In this document: positions 42,618 to 54,569 of the stretch, piece after piece | How the letters are laid out: each line of letters opens with the position of its first letter | How positions within the stretch are numbered: position 1 is the first letter of the stretch | Assembly: GCA_963769935.1 (NCBI GenBank) | Contig: CAVYNY010000022.1 | Coordinates: 1 to 64,000, forward strand | DNA from: an uncultured delta proteobacterium | GTDB lineage: Bacteria > Desulfobacterota > Desulfobacteria > Desulfobacterales > JAFDCJ01 | Reading direction: 5' to 3' | DNA: 64,000 nucleotides | The notes under the pieces: generated by a model | Database searches by the model: none | Told to the model about the DNA's origin: nothing | The model's input: only the letters and a program-made list of their open reading frames with translations | Position numbers and translations under genes: made by a program

Positions 42618-43620
42618 TTAGAGGAGTTCCGATACCTGTACCAATAGATCCAGATTCTTGGCAATAAAAATCAATTCGGCGTTTTCCACCTGAGCATGAC
42701 GCGTTTGAATCCATGATTCGAATGCATTTTGATCCAGGGCCGGGTGGCCTTTAAGTTCAGTGTGGATCGTATCGAGGATAAAATGCAGGAAATAGGGTTC
42801 ATCGGCGGGATATCCTCCCGACTCGGGCAAAACGATCCAATCAGAGCCGCCGGCCGCCAGGACGGCGGCATCCGCAGCCCGGAGGCGGTCGAATAGATTG
42901 CGGCCGGTGTGACAGCCGCCGGTTTTGCGGCCGTCGGTAATGCGCTCATCCATGCTTTGGTTGTACAATTGCAGGATCAGCCTATCAAAGGCAGGGTTCT
43001 AATTCCGGCAGGAAAATGGTTTCACCGTCATAGTTCAGCGTCAGGTACAATAAACCGCCCGGTCGTATGAAATTGATGAATTGACGCAGCACTACGTCGA
43101 TATCGATCAAATCCATAAATGCATGGGCAATGCCCAAATCCCACTGCCGCCCGCAATTTTCACCTGACAAAAAGTGATACACATCGGCCTGCATAAATTT
43201 GATCCATATTTCGCCTTCTTGAGTTCGAATAAGGGTGGTGTTTTCCGAACGGGGACTGAAGCCGAAGCCTCCGGCGGCAGCCCAGCGCCCCAGTTGCCGG
43301 CGGGATTCACCGACACTGACTGCATCCGAGTCAACTGCCGTGTAGTCTGCGAAGATTAAAAGTTTCCAATCAACCAACCGTTCGATCATCGTCCCGATTC
43401 CGGCACCCAATTCCAAAACGCTCAATCGGTTTGCGTGTCTGCTTTTGGGCAAAGCTGCGGCCAGCGTCTCCCGGACATGTTCATTCAACGCACGATCATC
43501 CACGCTCTTCTTGGATGACAGGTAGCGTATAAAACGTTGTCCGTTTATAGTCGACACGGTAAATTTCACCTCAGCGAGCCCCAGACGATATGAGCCTGAG
43601 GCTCGTTCCTGATTTGTCAT
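42618..43620 (-). pseudogene. Class I SAM methyltransferase with a +1 frameshift at ~42995 (or sequencing error)
   Basis: YLSSKKSVDDRALN, LELGAGIG; removing one base gives ELEPAFDRLILQLYNQSMD, joining the two ORFs. Confidence 0.75.
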
Positions 43621-43675
43621 TGAACACGGTCATGTTTGGCATGAAATGGAACTGCCCTGATTGGCCTAAAATAAA

Positions 43676-44065
43676 ATGGGTGTCGAAAATATTGTATGGG
43701 GTGAAGACTGTATTTTGGCATCGCCAAACCCTGATAAGCCGGCCGCAGCACAGGGGAGAATGAAAACCTGGGCGCGCGGAGAAGCGAAAATACCCTTTAC
43801 CGGACAATTGGAGAGATATTCCTATATTCCTATCAATCAGGTTGAGCCGTATGAAAAACGCGGATTAGGCGGCGTAAGACCGCTGGCCTGGTATTATCCG
43901 TTGCCGGGAGGGGCCTGGTGGCGCAGGCGGATGGGCGGCTATCCGGAATATTCGACCGAGGCCCCGGTCCGAGTATTTGGCAGGTACGGTGAATTTTTAA
44001 AGCAATTACATGATGCACAGTATTTACCGGGCCTTCCACGGCGTCTATATTTCATCAGATCCTGA
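43676..44065 (+). CDS. Hypothetical protein or gene fragment
   Basis: 129-codon ORF in an otherwise empty gap; no recognised motif. Confidence 0.3.
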   Translation: MGVENIVWGEDCILASPNPDKPAAAQGRMKTWARGEAKIPFTGQLERYSYIPINQVEPYEKRGLGGVRPLAWYYPLPGGAWWRRRMGGYPEYSTEAPVRVFGRYGEFLKQLHDAQYLPGLPRRLYFIRS

Positions 44066-44294
44066 AAACGCTGCGGTGGTGCTAAGCGACCCCAATCCGT
44101 GAATCAGCAGACGGAAGCAGTTGCGTCTAAAGGCCCGGGGCAGCCGTCGCAAAGAAAATCTGATTGTCGCTTCCATTTATTTAGCGCGTTGCTTGCCGGG
44201 CGCGGGAAGGTCCAGACGGCGATTTCAGGAATGAAGGTCGATATCGGATCGACGGCAGGGTCTGCTAATATGACTTCTAAGGGAGGTAACTAAA

Positions 44295-44861
44295 ATGCAG
44301 GAAACTAAAATAAATTGGCTAAACGATTATGAGGAAGGCTACGGACGTGCCCGCGAGGAAAAGAAGCCGCTGTTTCTCGACTTTTTCAAAGACGGGTGAA
44401 ATGGCTGCGCCAAATTGGGTGCCGTGACGTACCCGGACAGACAGGTCGCAGCCCTGCTCAACGAAAATTTTGTTCCCGTCCAAGTCAACATCGAAAAGGT
44501 TGCTAAACTGGCGGATGAATTTCAGGCTCTCTGGACCCCCAATTTGAATGTGATCGATGGCCGTCAAAAGCGGGTATACTGGGTTGAGGGTTGGCTGCCG
44601 CCGTCCGAATTTGCGGCCATGCTGGGCGTTGCGCAGGGACACTATTTTCTGCGGGGCAAAAAATACACGGAAGCCGCACCGCTTTTCAAGGCGGTGTTTG
44701 AACAGAATCCCCGCAGCCAATTCGCCCCGGAAGCTCTGTATTACAGGGGCGTCAGCCGCTATTTGAACTCTCATAAAGTCGACGAACTCAAGGAAGACTG
44801 GATCATGCTGCAGCGCTTTTATCCTCAGAGCGCCTGGAGCCTGCGTTCCAACATACTGTGA
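44295..44861 (+). CDS. Thioredoxin-fold selenoprotein (UxxC) with C-terminal TPR-like helices
   Basis: RBS GGGAGG, ATG 44295; MQETKINWLNDYEEGYGRAREEKKPLFLDFFKDG-TGA(44397)-NGCAKLGAVTYPD, in frame with ORF 44415..44861. Confidence 0.85.
44403..44453 (+). promoter_or_regulatory. Candidate bacterial SECIS hairpin
   Basis: GGCTGCG...CGCAGCC lower stem; GGGTGC-CGTGAC-GTACCC upper stem-loop; loop starts ~23 nt after the UGA. Confidence 0.6.
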
Positions 44862-45069
44862 GCAAACCGCGAAGATAAAAATGCAATCAATCCGGGCAGG
44901 TCTCCGCAGCGAAGTGCGGGTCTCCCTCGGGCTGCATGCCGGCTGCTGTTGCCCGACTTCGCACGTGAAACTTCACCTGGACCTAACAGCGAACCGCTGA
45001 ATAATGAACCCTTGAATCACGCTAAAGACATGATCGGACGACCCGAATTGCGAAAAAGGGAGATGATAA

Positions 45070-45432
45070 ATGAACCAAAGGGATTCAAATTACTTTAAAA
45101 GACGACTCCGGCAATGGCTGGAGTCGCTGAAGCAGCAGGCCGGCAACACTGTCAGCTATTTCAGGCAATACGACGAGCGTTCAGCGGACCCGCTGGATCA
45201 GGCAACCCTCGAATACGAACGCAATTTTGCGCTTCGAATTCACAACAGAGAGGATTTGCTTATCAGGAAAATCAAGCAATCCTTGCGGGATATCGAAGAC
45301 GGCGTATACGGGTTCTGTGAGGCGTGCGGCAGCCCGATCGGCGTAAAAAGATTAAAAGTCCGTCCAGTTGCCCGCTATTGTATCGAATGTAAGACCGTGG
45401 CCGAAAAAAAGGAGCGGGTTTTTGGCCTTTGA
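45070..45432 (+). CDS. dksA: DksA-family RNA polymerase-binding protein
   Basis: ADPLDQA tip; CEAC...RLKVRPVARYCIECK. Confidence 0.88.
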   Translation: MNQRDSNYFKRRLRQWLESLKQQAGNTVSYFRQYDERSADPLDQATLEYERNFALRIHNREDLLIRKIKQSLRDIEDGVYGFCEACGSPIGVKRLKVRPVARYCIECKTVAEKKERVFGL

Positions 45433-45578
45433 TTCCCGCGGTGAAATGGGTGTAATGGTTTAGAACGTTTAGATCGTTTAGATGGTTGATGGTTGGGACT
45501 GTCGTAATGAGCCCAACGTTCTAAACGATTCCAACTAAAATCAGGAAACAACCATGTTAGGAATTGCCGGTATCATAA

Positions 45579-45600
45579 AAATACAGGATTCACCTTATTT
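45579..45600 (+). promoter_or_regulatory. 22-bp box upstream of the STAS-like gene
   Basis: AAATACAGGATTCACCTTATTT; TACCTT 20 nt downstream. Confidence 0.72.
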
Positions 45601-45713
45601 ACTGCCGGGAGTCAAGGGTTTACCTTGCTAAAAAAAGAATCATTCTTTTTGATTGAACTCCCTTGAAGCGCGCCGGTTATCGTGCTTTGACAAGGGCCGG
45701 AAAAGGAGGTGCG

Positions 45714-45992
45714 ATGGCCTGCAATTTTAATATTTCGGTAGCCAAAGCCGGAGATCATGTCTGCTTGAAGCTGAATGGAGACTTCGACGGCAGTTCGGCC
45801 TGCGAGCTGGTAAACATGCTGAATGGCGGTGCGCTGTTCAACTCCCCAAAAATCCTGGTAGATACGGATTCGCTCAAGAATGTGTACCCCTTTGGTTTGA
45901 ATATCCTGCACAGTCGGCTGCATAAAGCAAAATCAAGGATGGTTCCGCTGGTTTTCACCGGGAAGATGTCGGAGCGATTCGCAGCGGGATGA
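45714..45992 (+). CDS. STAS-like small protein (possible anti-anti-sigma factor)
   Basis: AGGAGG RBS; LKLNGDFDGSSACEL...ILVDTDSL..VYPFGL. Confidence 0.65.
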   Translation: MACNFNISVAKAGDHVCLKLNGDFDGSSACELVNMLNGGALFNSPKILVDTDSLKNVYPFGLNILHSRLHKAKSRMVPLVFTGKMSERFAAG

Positions 45993-46170
45993 AAAATTGG
46001 CAGAAAATCTCTTAGCTCAATCTGATCGAATACATTTCTTCTCTTCCGCGTGGTGATCGAAAAAGAGCTTGGCGAGAGCTAACATCGAGATTTATGAATT
46101 TCATTAACCGACCCAATGCTGATGCAATAGCCATAAAAGATATGTTTATTGAGAATTGAAAGTCGATTCC

Positions 46171-48594
<2,424 letters not shown>

Positions 48595-48803
48595 TGTTGA
48601 AAACCTGACTTTATGGGCCAGGTTAAAGAAACTTGGCTTTACCGTGCACCCATGCTGTGGAGTGACGTCCCGCCCTGGTGCGACGTACGGAGAATTTAAA
48701 GCACGTTTGTCCTGATTAGTAAAAAATAGCTAATGTTGGATTTATGTTTTACTTTGACAATCTCCGTCATTAGGAAAGCCGGCTTTACCGGTGCCTCTAT
48801 GCC

Positions 48804-49220
48804 CTAAGCCGGCAGTGAAATTTTTTTCAGAACTTCGCCGACCAGATTTTTATCAACGGATTTGGCCAGATCACCAAGGGATACAATGCCGGATAATTTT
48901 CTCCCGTCCGCCATTACCAGCAAGCGTCGCACCCGCCGGTCGCCCATCAAACGGGCCGCGGTTTCAATATCATCGTCTTCCTTGCAGGCGAAAACTTCGT
49001 CGGTCATCGCATCGGTTACATAGGTCGTTTGAGGGTTAAGACCTTCTGCCACAACGCGAACCGTGATGTCTCGATCCGTCAGCATGCCGACGGCTTCACC
49101 GCCCACGACTACCGGCATATCACCGACGTCTGATTCTTTCATTTTAGCGGCCGCTTGCTCGATTGTCTGATCTTCAGTGATAAAGTCGGTTCTACGAGTC
49201 ATAATTTCACGAACTTTCAT
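48804..49220 (-). CDS. CBS-pair protein
   Basis: MKVREIMT, GMLTDRDI, GIVSLGDLA. Confidence 0.92.
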   Translation of the reverse strand: MKVREIMTRRTDFITEDQTIEQAAAKMKESDVGDMPVVVGGEAVGMLTDRDITVRVVAEGLNPQTTYVTDAMTDEVFACKEDDDIETAARLMGDRRVRRLLVMADGRKLSGIVSLGDLAKSVDKNLVGEVLKKISLPA

Positions 49221-49273
49221 GTTGGCCTCCTTCTAGCTTTTTTACAGAGAATATGCCTGAAACATATCGCTTA

Positions 49274-49295
49274 AAATGGGGTATATCCGGTATTC
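49274..49295 (-). promoter_or_regulatory. 22-bp box upstream of the CBS gene
   Basis: GAATACCGGATATACCCCATTT; TATTCT 20 nt downstream. Confidence 0.72.
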
Positions 49296-49331
49296 TTCAG
49301 ACTGTTATCATGTACAGTATTGGATAATGCG

Positions 49332-49353
49332 AAATACAGGGTTGAACCTATTT
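49332..49353 (+). promoter_or_regulatory. 22-bp box upstream of the 49423 gene (divergent partner)
   Basis: AAATACAGGGTTGAACCTATTT; TAGGTT 20 nt downstream. Confidence 0.72.
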
Positions 49354-49422
49354 ACTTTGCCATGTTGAGCCAATAGGTTGTTATTTATTCGCACACTTGT
49401 ATAGAAAAGGAGTGAAATCATC

Positions 49423-49731
49423 ATGGCAGAACCTGCAAAAATTGTGAAAGGCGGATTTCGAGCCACCTTGGCACTGATCATATCTGTCATTGCTCTTTTG
49501 ATCTCGATTTTCGGATATGCTACCTCCGAAAGAGAAAAAGATCTGAACGCTCGAATCCAGGACTTCCAGGCCAAAATGGAAAAGATGAAGGCGGAAAGCG
49601 CCGATCAGATAGACAAGATTCGCAATGAAACCGCAAAGGCGCTGGAAAAAATGAGCAACGCCGTCAAGAATGAAGGCCAACAGTCCAAAGCGGAGCCTGC
49701 GAAATCGACAGGCCAGACGGCCAACCAGTAG
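49423..49731 (+). CDS. Membrane-anchored coiled-coil hypothetical protein
   Basis: AAGGAG RBS; one N-terminal TM followed by a charged helix. Confidence 0.75.
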   Translation: MAEPAKIVKGGFRATLALIISVIALLISIFGYATSEREKDLNARIQDFQAKMEKMKAESADQIDKIRNETAKALEKMSNAVKNEGQQSKAEPAKSTGQTANQ

Positions 49732-49766
49732 AACATGCATCAATATGAGGATTAAAGGCGGGAATT

Positions 49767-50090
49767 CTACCGGGAATGCTTGAGCTTTCTCTCAAGCAGG
49801 CACATTTTACCGTCGTCGGAGAGGTGCACGGCCTCGGTCCGAATCAGCATTTTGAGGGCATACGGCTTATAATCGCGCGGTTTGTACATTCTTTCAAGAA
49901 AGCTCGGGGGCTGCAATTCCAATTCAGCGACGGTTTTGGCCCCCTGGGAGCATAGGGAATGATTTGTTCTGAATCTCTCGATGACCTGGTTGAGAACTCT
50001 TTTCACCAAAAAGGCTTGAATTCTCAAGGCCGCCAGGAAGGCCAGCATCAGAAGTATCGTAATTGAAAATAAATTTAGCGGGTCTTCCAT
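49767..50090 (-). CDS. Hypothetical membrane protein
   Basis: GGAG RBS; N-terminal TM; AKTVAEL...RDYKPYAL. Confidence 0.65.
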   Translation of the reverse strand: MEDPLNLFSITILLMLAFLAALRIQAFLVKRVLNQVIERFRTNHSLCSQGAKTVAELELQPPSFLERMYKPRDYKPYALKMLIRTEAVHLSDDGKMCLLERKLKHSR

Positions 50091-50143
50091 TGGGTTTTCT
50101 CCAGGTATTGCTTGAAGGTTTCCACATCCGGCAGTTCCGGCAT
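50075..50143 (-). pseudogene. Fpg/Nei glycosylase N-terminal remnant
   Basis: RBS + MPELPDVETFKQYLEKT, then stop. Confidence 0.75.
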
Positions 50144-50210
50144 CTTGTCTCCCGGCTTGGTTTCTGGAGATGGCCGGCGTGTGTGAGAATATTGCCAAGC
50201 GCAGCAGCTA

Positions 50211-50480
50211 TCAATGACTCCCAGCCCCCAGTCGTCCGGTTTGAGGCGTTGTGCCAAGATTCTGCAGCACCCCCTCGGCGAGAATCAGATCCAGGGTGTG
50301 CATATCGATTTCGATCTGATTCCAGCCCAGCCAGTCCAGCTTGCGGTTCAATTCACGAAGCGTGATGTCGGGATTGGAATAAAGCGTGCGGGTCAGATTG
50401 CGGATAAAACCGGGCAGCATATCCCTGGAAAGCCCCTTGTTGATCAGCCGCTGCAGCAGAATGTTGTGAAGAACATCCAT
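50211..50480 (-). CDS. Hypothetical protein
   Basis: AAGGAGG RBS; coherent 89-aa ORF with an upstream box. Confidence 0.7.
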   Translation of the reverse strand: MDVLHNILLQRLINKGLSRDMLPGFIRNLTRTLYSNPDITLRELNRKLDWLGWNQIEIDMHTLDLILAEGVLQNLGTTPQTGRLGAGSH

Positions 50481-50613
50481 TGAGCGCCTCCTTTCAGGCG
50501 GTTTGAATAAAAACCGTCACTGACAGCCCATTTAGGTTCTCCTGCCGGAAAACAGGGGTTCCCCGCAGGACGCAATGACTCACCTTCTGATAACATCGTC
50601 GGCCTCAAGAATA

Positions 50614-50635
50614 CAATAGAGTGAATCCTGTATTT
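50614..50635 (-). promoter_or_regulatory. 22-bp box upstream of the 50480 gene
   Basis: AAATACAGGATTCACTCTATTG. Confidence 0.65.
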
Positions 50636-50756
50636 TACCGACAATTATAACGTACGAGGGCTTCTCCGGTGATACCGCGCAGGTGAACGTTGTTGTGAAT
50701 TACCAAGCCGTTATGAAGCGCGGTCGGGTACGCAGCAGATTTAATGCCCGATCCGT

Positions 50757-51938
50757 TCATCCTCTTTTTTGCATCGGTTCGTAGCTGCATCCCATCAGCC
50801 CGCAGTACTGCCCCACATACTCCGCCCTGGGCCTGTACAAAGCAGGCTTTTCCTGCGCATCGCCGAACTTTTCCTCGATGATGTGCGCACTCCAGCCCGC
50901 AATGCGGGCAATGGCGAAGAGCGGCGTCATAATGTCCCGCGGTATGCCCAGCATATGATAATAGGGCCCGGTGGAAAAATCCACGTTCGGCTCAACGCCG
51001 GTCTTGCCCAGCTTCTTGAACTCCGTCCGAGCGACTTCTTCCAATTTTAGGGAGAGGTCATACCATTTTTTCCGGCCGGTTTTTTCACCCAGCCGGCGGC
51101 TCATCTCCCTTACGAATTTTAACCGCGGATCGACCGTCTTGTAAACTGCATGCCCCAAACCCATTATTTTTTCATGTCTTTCCAGTTTGCCGCGCACCCA
51201 CCCGGCCATGTCGTCAACCGACTCCAGTTCGAGAAGCATTTTCATGACCCGGGCATTGGCCCCTCCATGCAGGGCTCCCGACAAGGCCCCCAGCCCGGCG
51301 GCCACACCGGTATAGATGTGGGCCCGGGTCGAGACCACTTCCCGGCAGGCAAAAGTAGAGGCGTTGAAGGTATGATCGGCGTGGAGAAGCAGGCAAGTAT
51401 CCAGATCTTTTGCCGTTTCCGGGTCGGGTTTGCTGCCCTGCAGCTGCCACAGAAAATTGGCGGCATGGGGCAGCTCTTTGTCGGACGGAAGCGGTTTTTG
51501 ACCCTGCCGTATTCGATGCCAGGCAGCGACCAACACCGGCAGCCGGGAAATAAGCCTGACTGCCTTTCGCAGGTTTGCCTCCCGGCTTTCGTCCTGAATC
51601 TCAGGATCGGAAACAGCCATAAGGGGCACGACCGCCTGAAGCACGTCCATGGGGGCGGCCTCTCGGGGCAGTTTTTCAAGACATTGATAGATGCAATCTG
51701 GAAGTTCCCTGGCCTCAAGTACCTGCTGCCCGAATTCCCGATACTCATTTTCATCGGGCAGCCTTCCCTGCAAAAGAAGAAAGGCCACCTCGAGGAAAGA
51801 GGAATTCTCGGCCAGGTCTTCAATTCGGTATCCACGATAGATGAGAACGCCTTTCTCACCATCGATGAAACTGATCTTGGTATCGGCGACCGCAATCCCA
51901 CGGAGGCCGGTGTTTTTCAGACGAACTGCTTCCGGCAT
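50757..51938 (-). CDS. gltA: Citrate synthase family
   Basis: HADHTFNAST, LHGGAN, GLGHAVYKTVDPR, PNVDF. Confidence 0.92.
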   Translation of the reverse strand: MPEAVRLKNTGLRGIAVADTKISFIDGEKGVLIYRGYRIEDLAENSSFLEVAFLLLQGRLPDENEYREFGQQVLEARELPDCIYQCLEKLPREAAPMDVLQAVVPLMAVSDPEIQDESREANLRKAVRLISRLPVLVAAWHRIRQGQKPLPSDKELPHAANFLWQLQGSKPDPETAKDLDTCLLLHADHTFNASTFACREVVSTRAHIYTGVAAGLGALSGALHGGANARVMKMLLELESVDDMAGWVRGKLERHEKIMGLGHAVYKTVDPRLKFVREMSRRLGEKTGRKKWYDLSLKLEEVARTEFKKLGKTGVEPNVDFSTGPYYHMLGIPRDIMTPLFAIARIAGWSAHIIEEKFGDAQEKPALYRPRAEYVGQYCGLMGCSYEPMQKRG

Positions 51939-52094
51939 AATTTTTTCTCCTTTCTATTCCTGCGGTGATCCAAGGCACCGTTTCCTTTACCCAAGATTTT
52001 CAGGATCAAGGCAAGCGCTCCGGCCGGGTTTGAAAACCGTTGGAAACCGGGTGTTCCCTGCCTAACACTATTCTAATTCAGGTCATTTAAGAAA

Positions 52095-52116
52095 AAATAG
52101 GGTTTATAATGTATTT
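52095..52116 (-). promoter_or_regulatory. 22-bp box upstream of citrate synthase
   Basis: AAATACATTATAAACCCTATTT; TAGAAT 19 nt downstream. Confidence 0.65.
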
Positions 52117-52200
52117 TGCCATTGAGGGGGCTGTATACATAATAAAAGCATCGGTGATAAGGGGCTAGAGATCGCTTCGCATACCGGAAATTTTGACTGC

Positions 52201-52222
52201 AAATAGGTGATTTACCCCATTG
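52201..52222 (+). promoter_or_regulatory. 22-bp box, divergent partner
   Basis: AAATAGGTGATTTACCCCATTG; GCATAC 22 bp upstream. Confidence 0.6.
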
Positions 52223-52429
52223 AGTCACGAGGGAACTTCCTTTAATTATGGACAGTGGCAAAATTCATGCTTTATGGGCCTCAAAGACGGAAGTTTCGGG
52301 GATTGCAAAGGGAGATTGGAGCTGGGAGTCGGATTGTGATCGCGCAGGAGCCGCTTAGAACCGATCGATGATCTGCGGCTCATCCTGCTTTGCGGCGGTT
52401 CAGAGGAATTTATTCAAGAAAGGATCCTT

Positions 52430-52747
52430 ACCAACAATATCTGGATCTATTTACCTGCCTTGAAGAATATCATGGACAGAAAAAAAGGTGTGCTGGGTTT
52501 GCCGATGATCCGGAATCGTACGACCATGGCTCCCCGTGATCCGAAATCGACACCTGTATATCAGCTGGAAAAGGCAATGGGAGCGGCAATTTCGGTTTTC
52601 GAAGCCGCCGCTGCCATCCGGGTCCCCCGCAAGCGCTTTGCACCTGTGAAAAATTCCAACGACTTGATGGCCGTACGCTCTGATCGCTTCAGTTTAAACG
52701 ACAAATTTCAGATGGTCCCGAATCCGCATCGATCCAGACGGCGATAG
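52430..52747 (+). pseudogene. Fragment of UDPGP-family (eukaryote-like) UTP-glucose-1-phosphate uridylyltransferase
   Basis: TNNIW...VYQLEKAMGAAISVF...RFAPVKNSNDLMAVRSD. Confidence 0.8.
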
Positions 52748-52780
52748 AGAATCTTCAGGAACCGGAGCGTTGGAGGAAAA

Positions 52781-53341
52781 ATGAACCGCGTGAGCAGACG
52801 TCATTTTTTGCGTTTGATGATATGGACCGGACTGATCAGCTATTCGCCGAGGTCGGCCCTGGCCGCCATCGAAGATCCAGCCGCTGCGGAAAACTGCATT
52901 TCTCTATATAATCCGTACACCCGGGAGAGCTTTAGCGGAGTTTATCGGCGCAACGGCATTTCGGTGGCTGCTGCGATGCAAAAAATCAATCAGATTTTAA
53001 GGGATATCCGCACAGACGAAGTTAAACCAATAGATCCTGCTCTACTGGATTTAATGGCTGCCATTGCCATAGAACTCAACAGCGACGAGCCTATTCATGT
53101 TAGCTCCGGTTACCGCAGCCAAAAAACGAACGACCTCTTGCGCAGACGCAACAAGTGGGCGGCAAAAAAAAGCTTTCACATTAAAGGCCAGGCGGCCGAT
53201 ATTCGCGTGCCGGGGCAGCCGACCAAGGCTGTGCGTTGGGCGGCCTGCAGATTAAAAATGGGCGGCGTCGGATATTATTCGCAGCGCAAATTCCTGCATA
53301 TTGACGTCGGCCCGGTGCGATACTGGAACTGGAGAAGTTGA
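52781..53341 (+). CDS. YcbK/DUF882 (peptidase M15A-like) with Tat signal
   Basis: SRRHFL; SSGYRS, SFHIKGQAADI, FLHIDVGPVRYW. Confidence 0.9.
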   Translation: MNRVSRRHFLRLMIWTGLISYSPRSALAAIEDPAAAENCISLYNPYTRESFSGVYRRNGISVAAAMQKINQILRDIRTDEVKPIDPALLDLMAAIAIELNSDEPIHVSSGYRSQKTNDLLRRRNKWAAKKSFHIKGQAADIRVPGQPTKAVRWAACRLKMGGVGYYSQRKFLHIDVGPVRYWNWRS

Positions 53342-53504
53342 GAGGAGATAGTAGAATCGACAAAAATAATTTCAAGAAGGAATTGTATCATCTTACGAAA
53401 ACCCTTATATTGATCACATACGCGATTTATGCCTAATTCTGTTTTCGATTCTATCGAAGCAGAATAAAAGCCGCAGTCGGAAGAAAATAAAGCAGAGGCC
53501 TTTG

Positions 53505-54557
53505 AATGCTATGATAGATTCGGAACTTCTATCAAAAATCAGAATGCTGGCTCCGGGAACCAAACTGAGAAAGGCATTGGACGACATCGTCATGGCAAAA
53601 CTCGGTACAATTGTAATGCTCGTCGATTCGCTAACCAAAACGAAAGATATCATTCAAGCTGGATTTCCGATCGAAATCCCTTTTACTTCTGAAAGATTAT
53701 ATGAACTTTCCAAAATGGACGGTGCTATTATTTTAGACGATGAGGCTGCGAAATTTTATTTTGCCAATGTCCATCTCATCCCCGATGCCACCATCCATTC
53801 AAGTGAAACGGGTATCAGACACCGCACTGCCGAGCGCATTGCCAGGCAAACCGGCAACCTTGTTGTGGCAGTCTCAAGGAGAAGAAATATCATCACTGCC
53901 TACTACAAAGAGCATAAGCATGTCATCAATACCATTAATTATCTGGTTACCAAAATCGGCCGCGCTTTAAACGTACTGGAAAAACACCGTGAAAACCTCG
54001 ATAAAATAATCAACCAAATCGATAAGGACGAGTTTAACGACTGCGTGTACCTGGATGAACTCGCATTTTTGATTGCAAAGTTTCTGGGCGTCCAAAAAAT
54101 TCGGGACGAAATAGAACCTTATATTATCGAGATCGGTGTCGAAGGAAAACTATCCAGCATGCAGTTGTACGAAATTTTGGGAAATTTGGATGAGCAGCTG
54201 ATATATTTCATTATGGATTACGCCGCCGCCGAAATAGGCGAATCAGAGGCAGTCGAAATTGTCGACCGGCTCAGAAACTATAAAGACCTGAATAATCTGA
54301 ATGTAGCGAACATCCTCGGCTACGAGGCCTCTTCGGCTGCGCAGATCGATGAAAGAAATGTTGTTCCCCGCGGCTATCGGCTTCTGACACACAAGGCTAA
54401 AATCCCCATGAATATCTCTAAAAATGTTGTCCAGGCGTTCGGAAATATGTCCCGAATCTGTTCGGCGGATGTCGATGCCCTGAAAACCGTCGATGGCATC
54501 GGTGTCAAACGCGGGAAAGACATTGTGGAAACGATTCACATGTTGAAAGATATATAG
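53505..54557 (+). CDS. disA: DNA integrity scanning diadenylate cyclase DisA
   Basis: LAPGT.LR, LYELSKMDGAII, ETGIRHRTAER, PRGYR, C-terminal HhH VDGIG. Confidence 0.92.
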   Translation, partial: NAMIDSELLSKIRMLAPGTKLRKALDDIVMAKLGTIVMLVDSLTKTKDIIQAGFPIEIPFTSERLYELSKMDGAIILDDEAAKFYFANVHLIPDATIHSSETGIRHRTAERIARQTGNLVVAVSRRRNIITAYYKEHKHVINTINYLVTKIGRALNVLEKHRENLDKIINQIDKDEFNDCVYLDELAFLIAKFLGVQKIRDEIEPYIIEIGVEGKLSSMQLYEILGNLDEQLIYFIMDYAAAEIGESEAVEIVDRLRNYKDLNNLNVANILGYEASSAAQIDERNVVPRGYRLLTHKAKIPMNISKNVVQAFGNMSRICSADVDALKTVDGIGVKRGKDIVETIHMLKDI

Positions 54558-54569
54558 CATAATGAAAAG

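Noticed and set aside
50520..50600. Possible c-di-GMP or c-di-AMP riboswitch
   Set aside because: Only a GACGCAA fragment; conserved stems and loops not found.
52256..52271. Sigma-54 -24/-12-like site TGGCAAAATTCATGCT
   Set aside because: Spacing fits, but the match is weak and no intact gene follows closely.
53391..53412. Weak box upstream of disA (and a similar one at 55775-55796 before PfpI)
   Set aside because: Too degenerate to call by eye.
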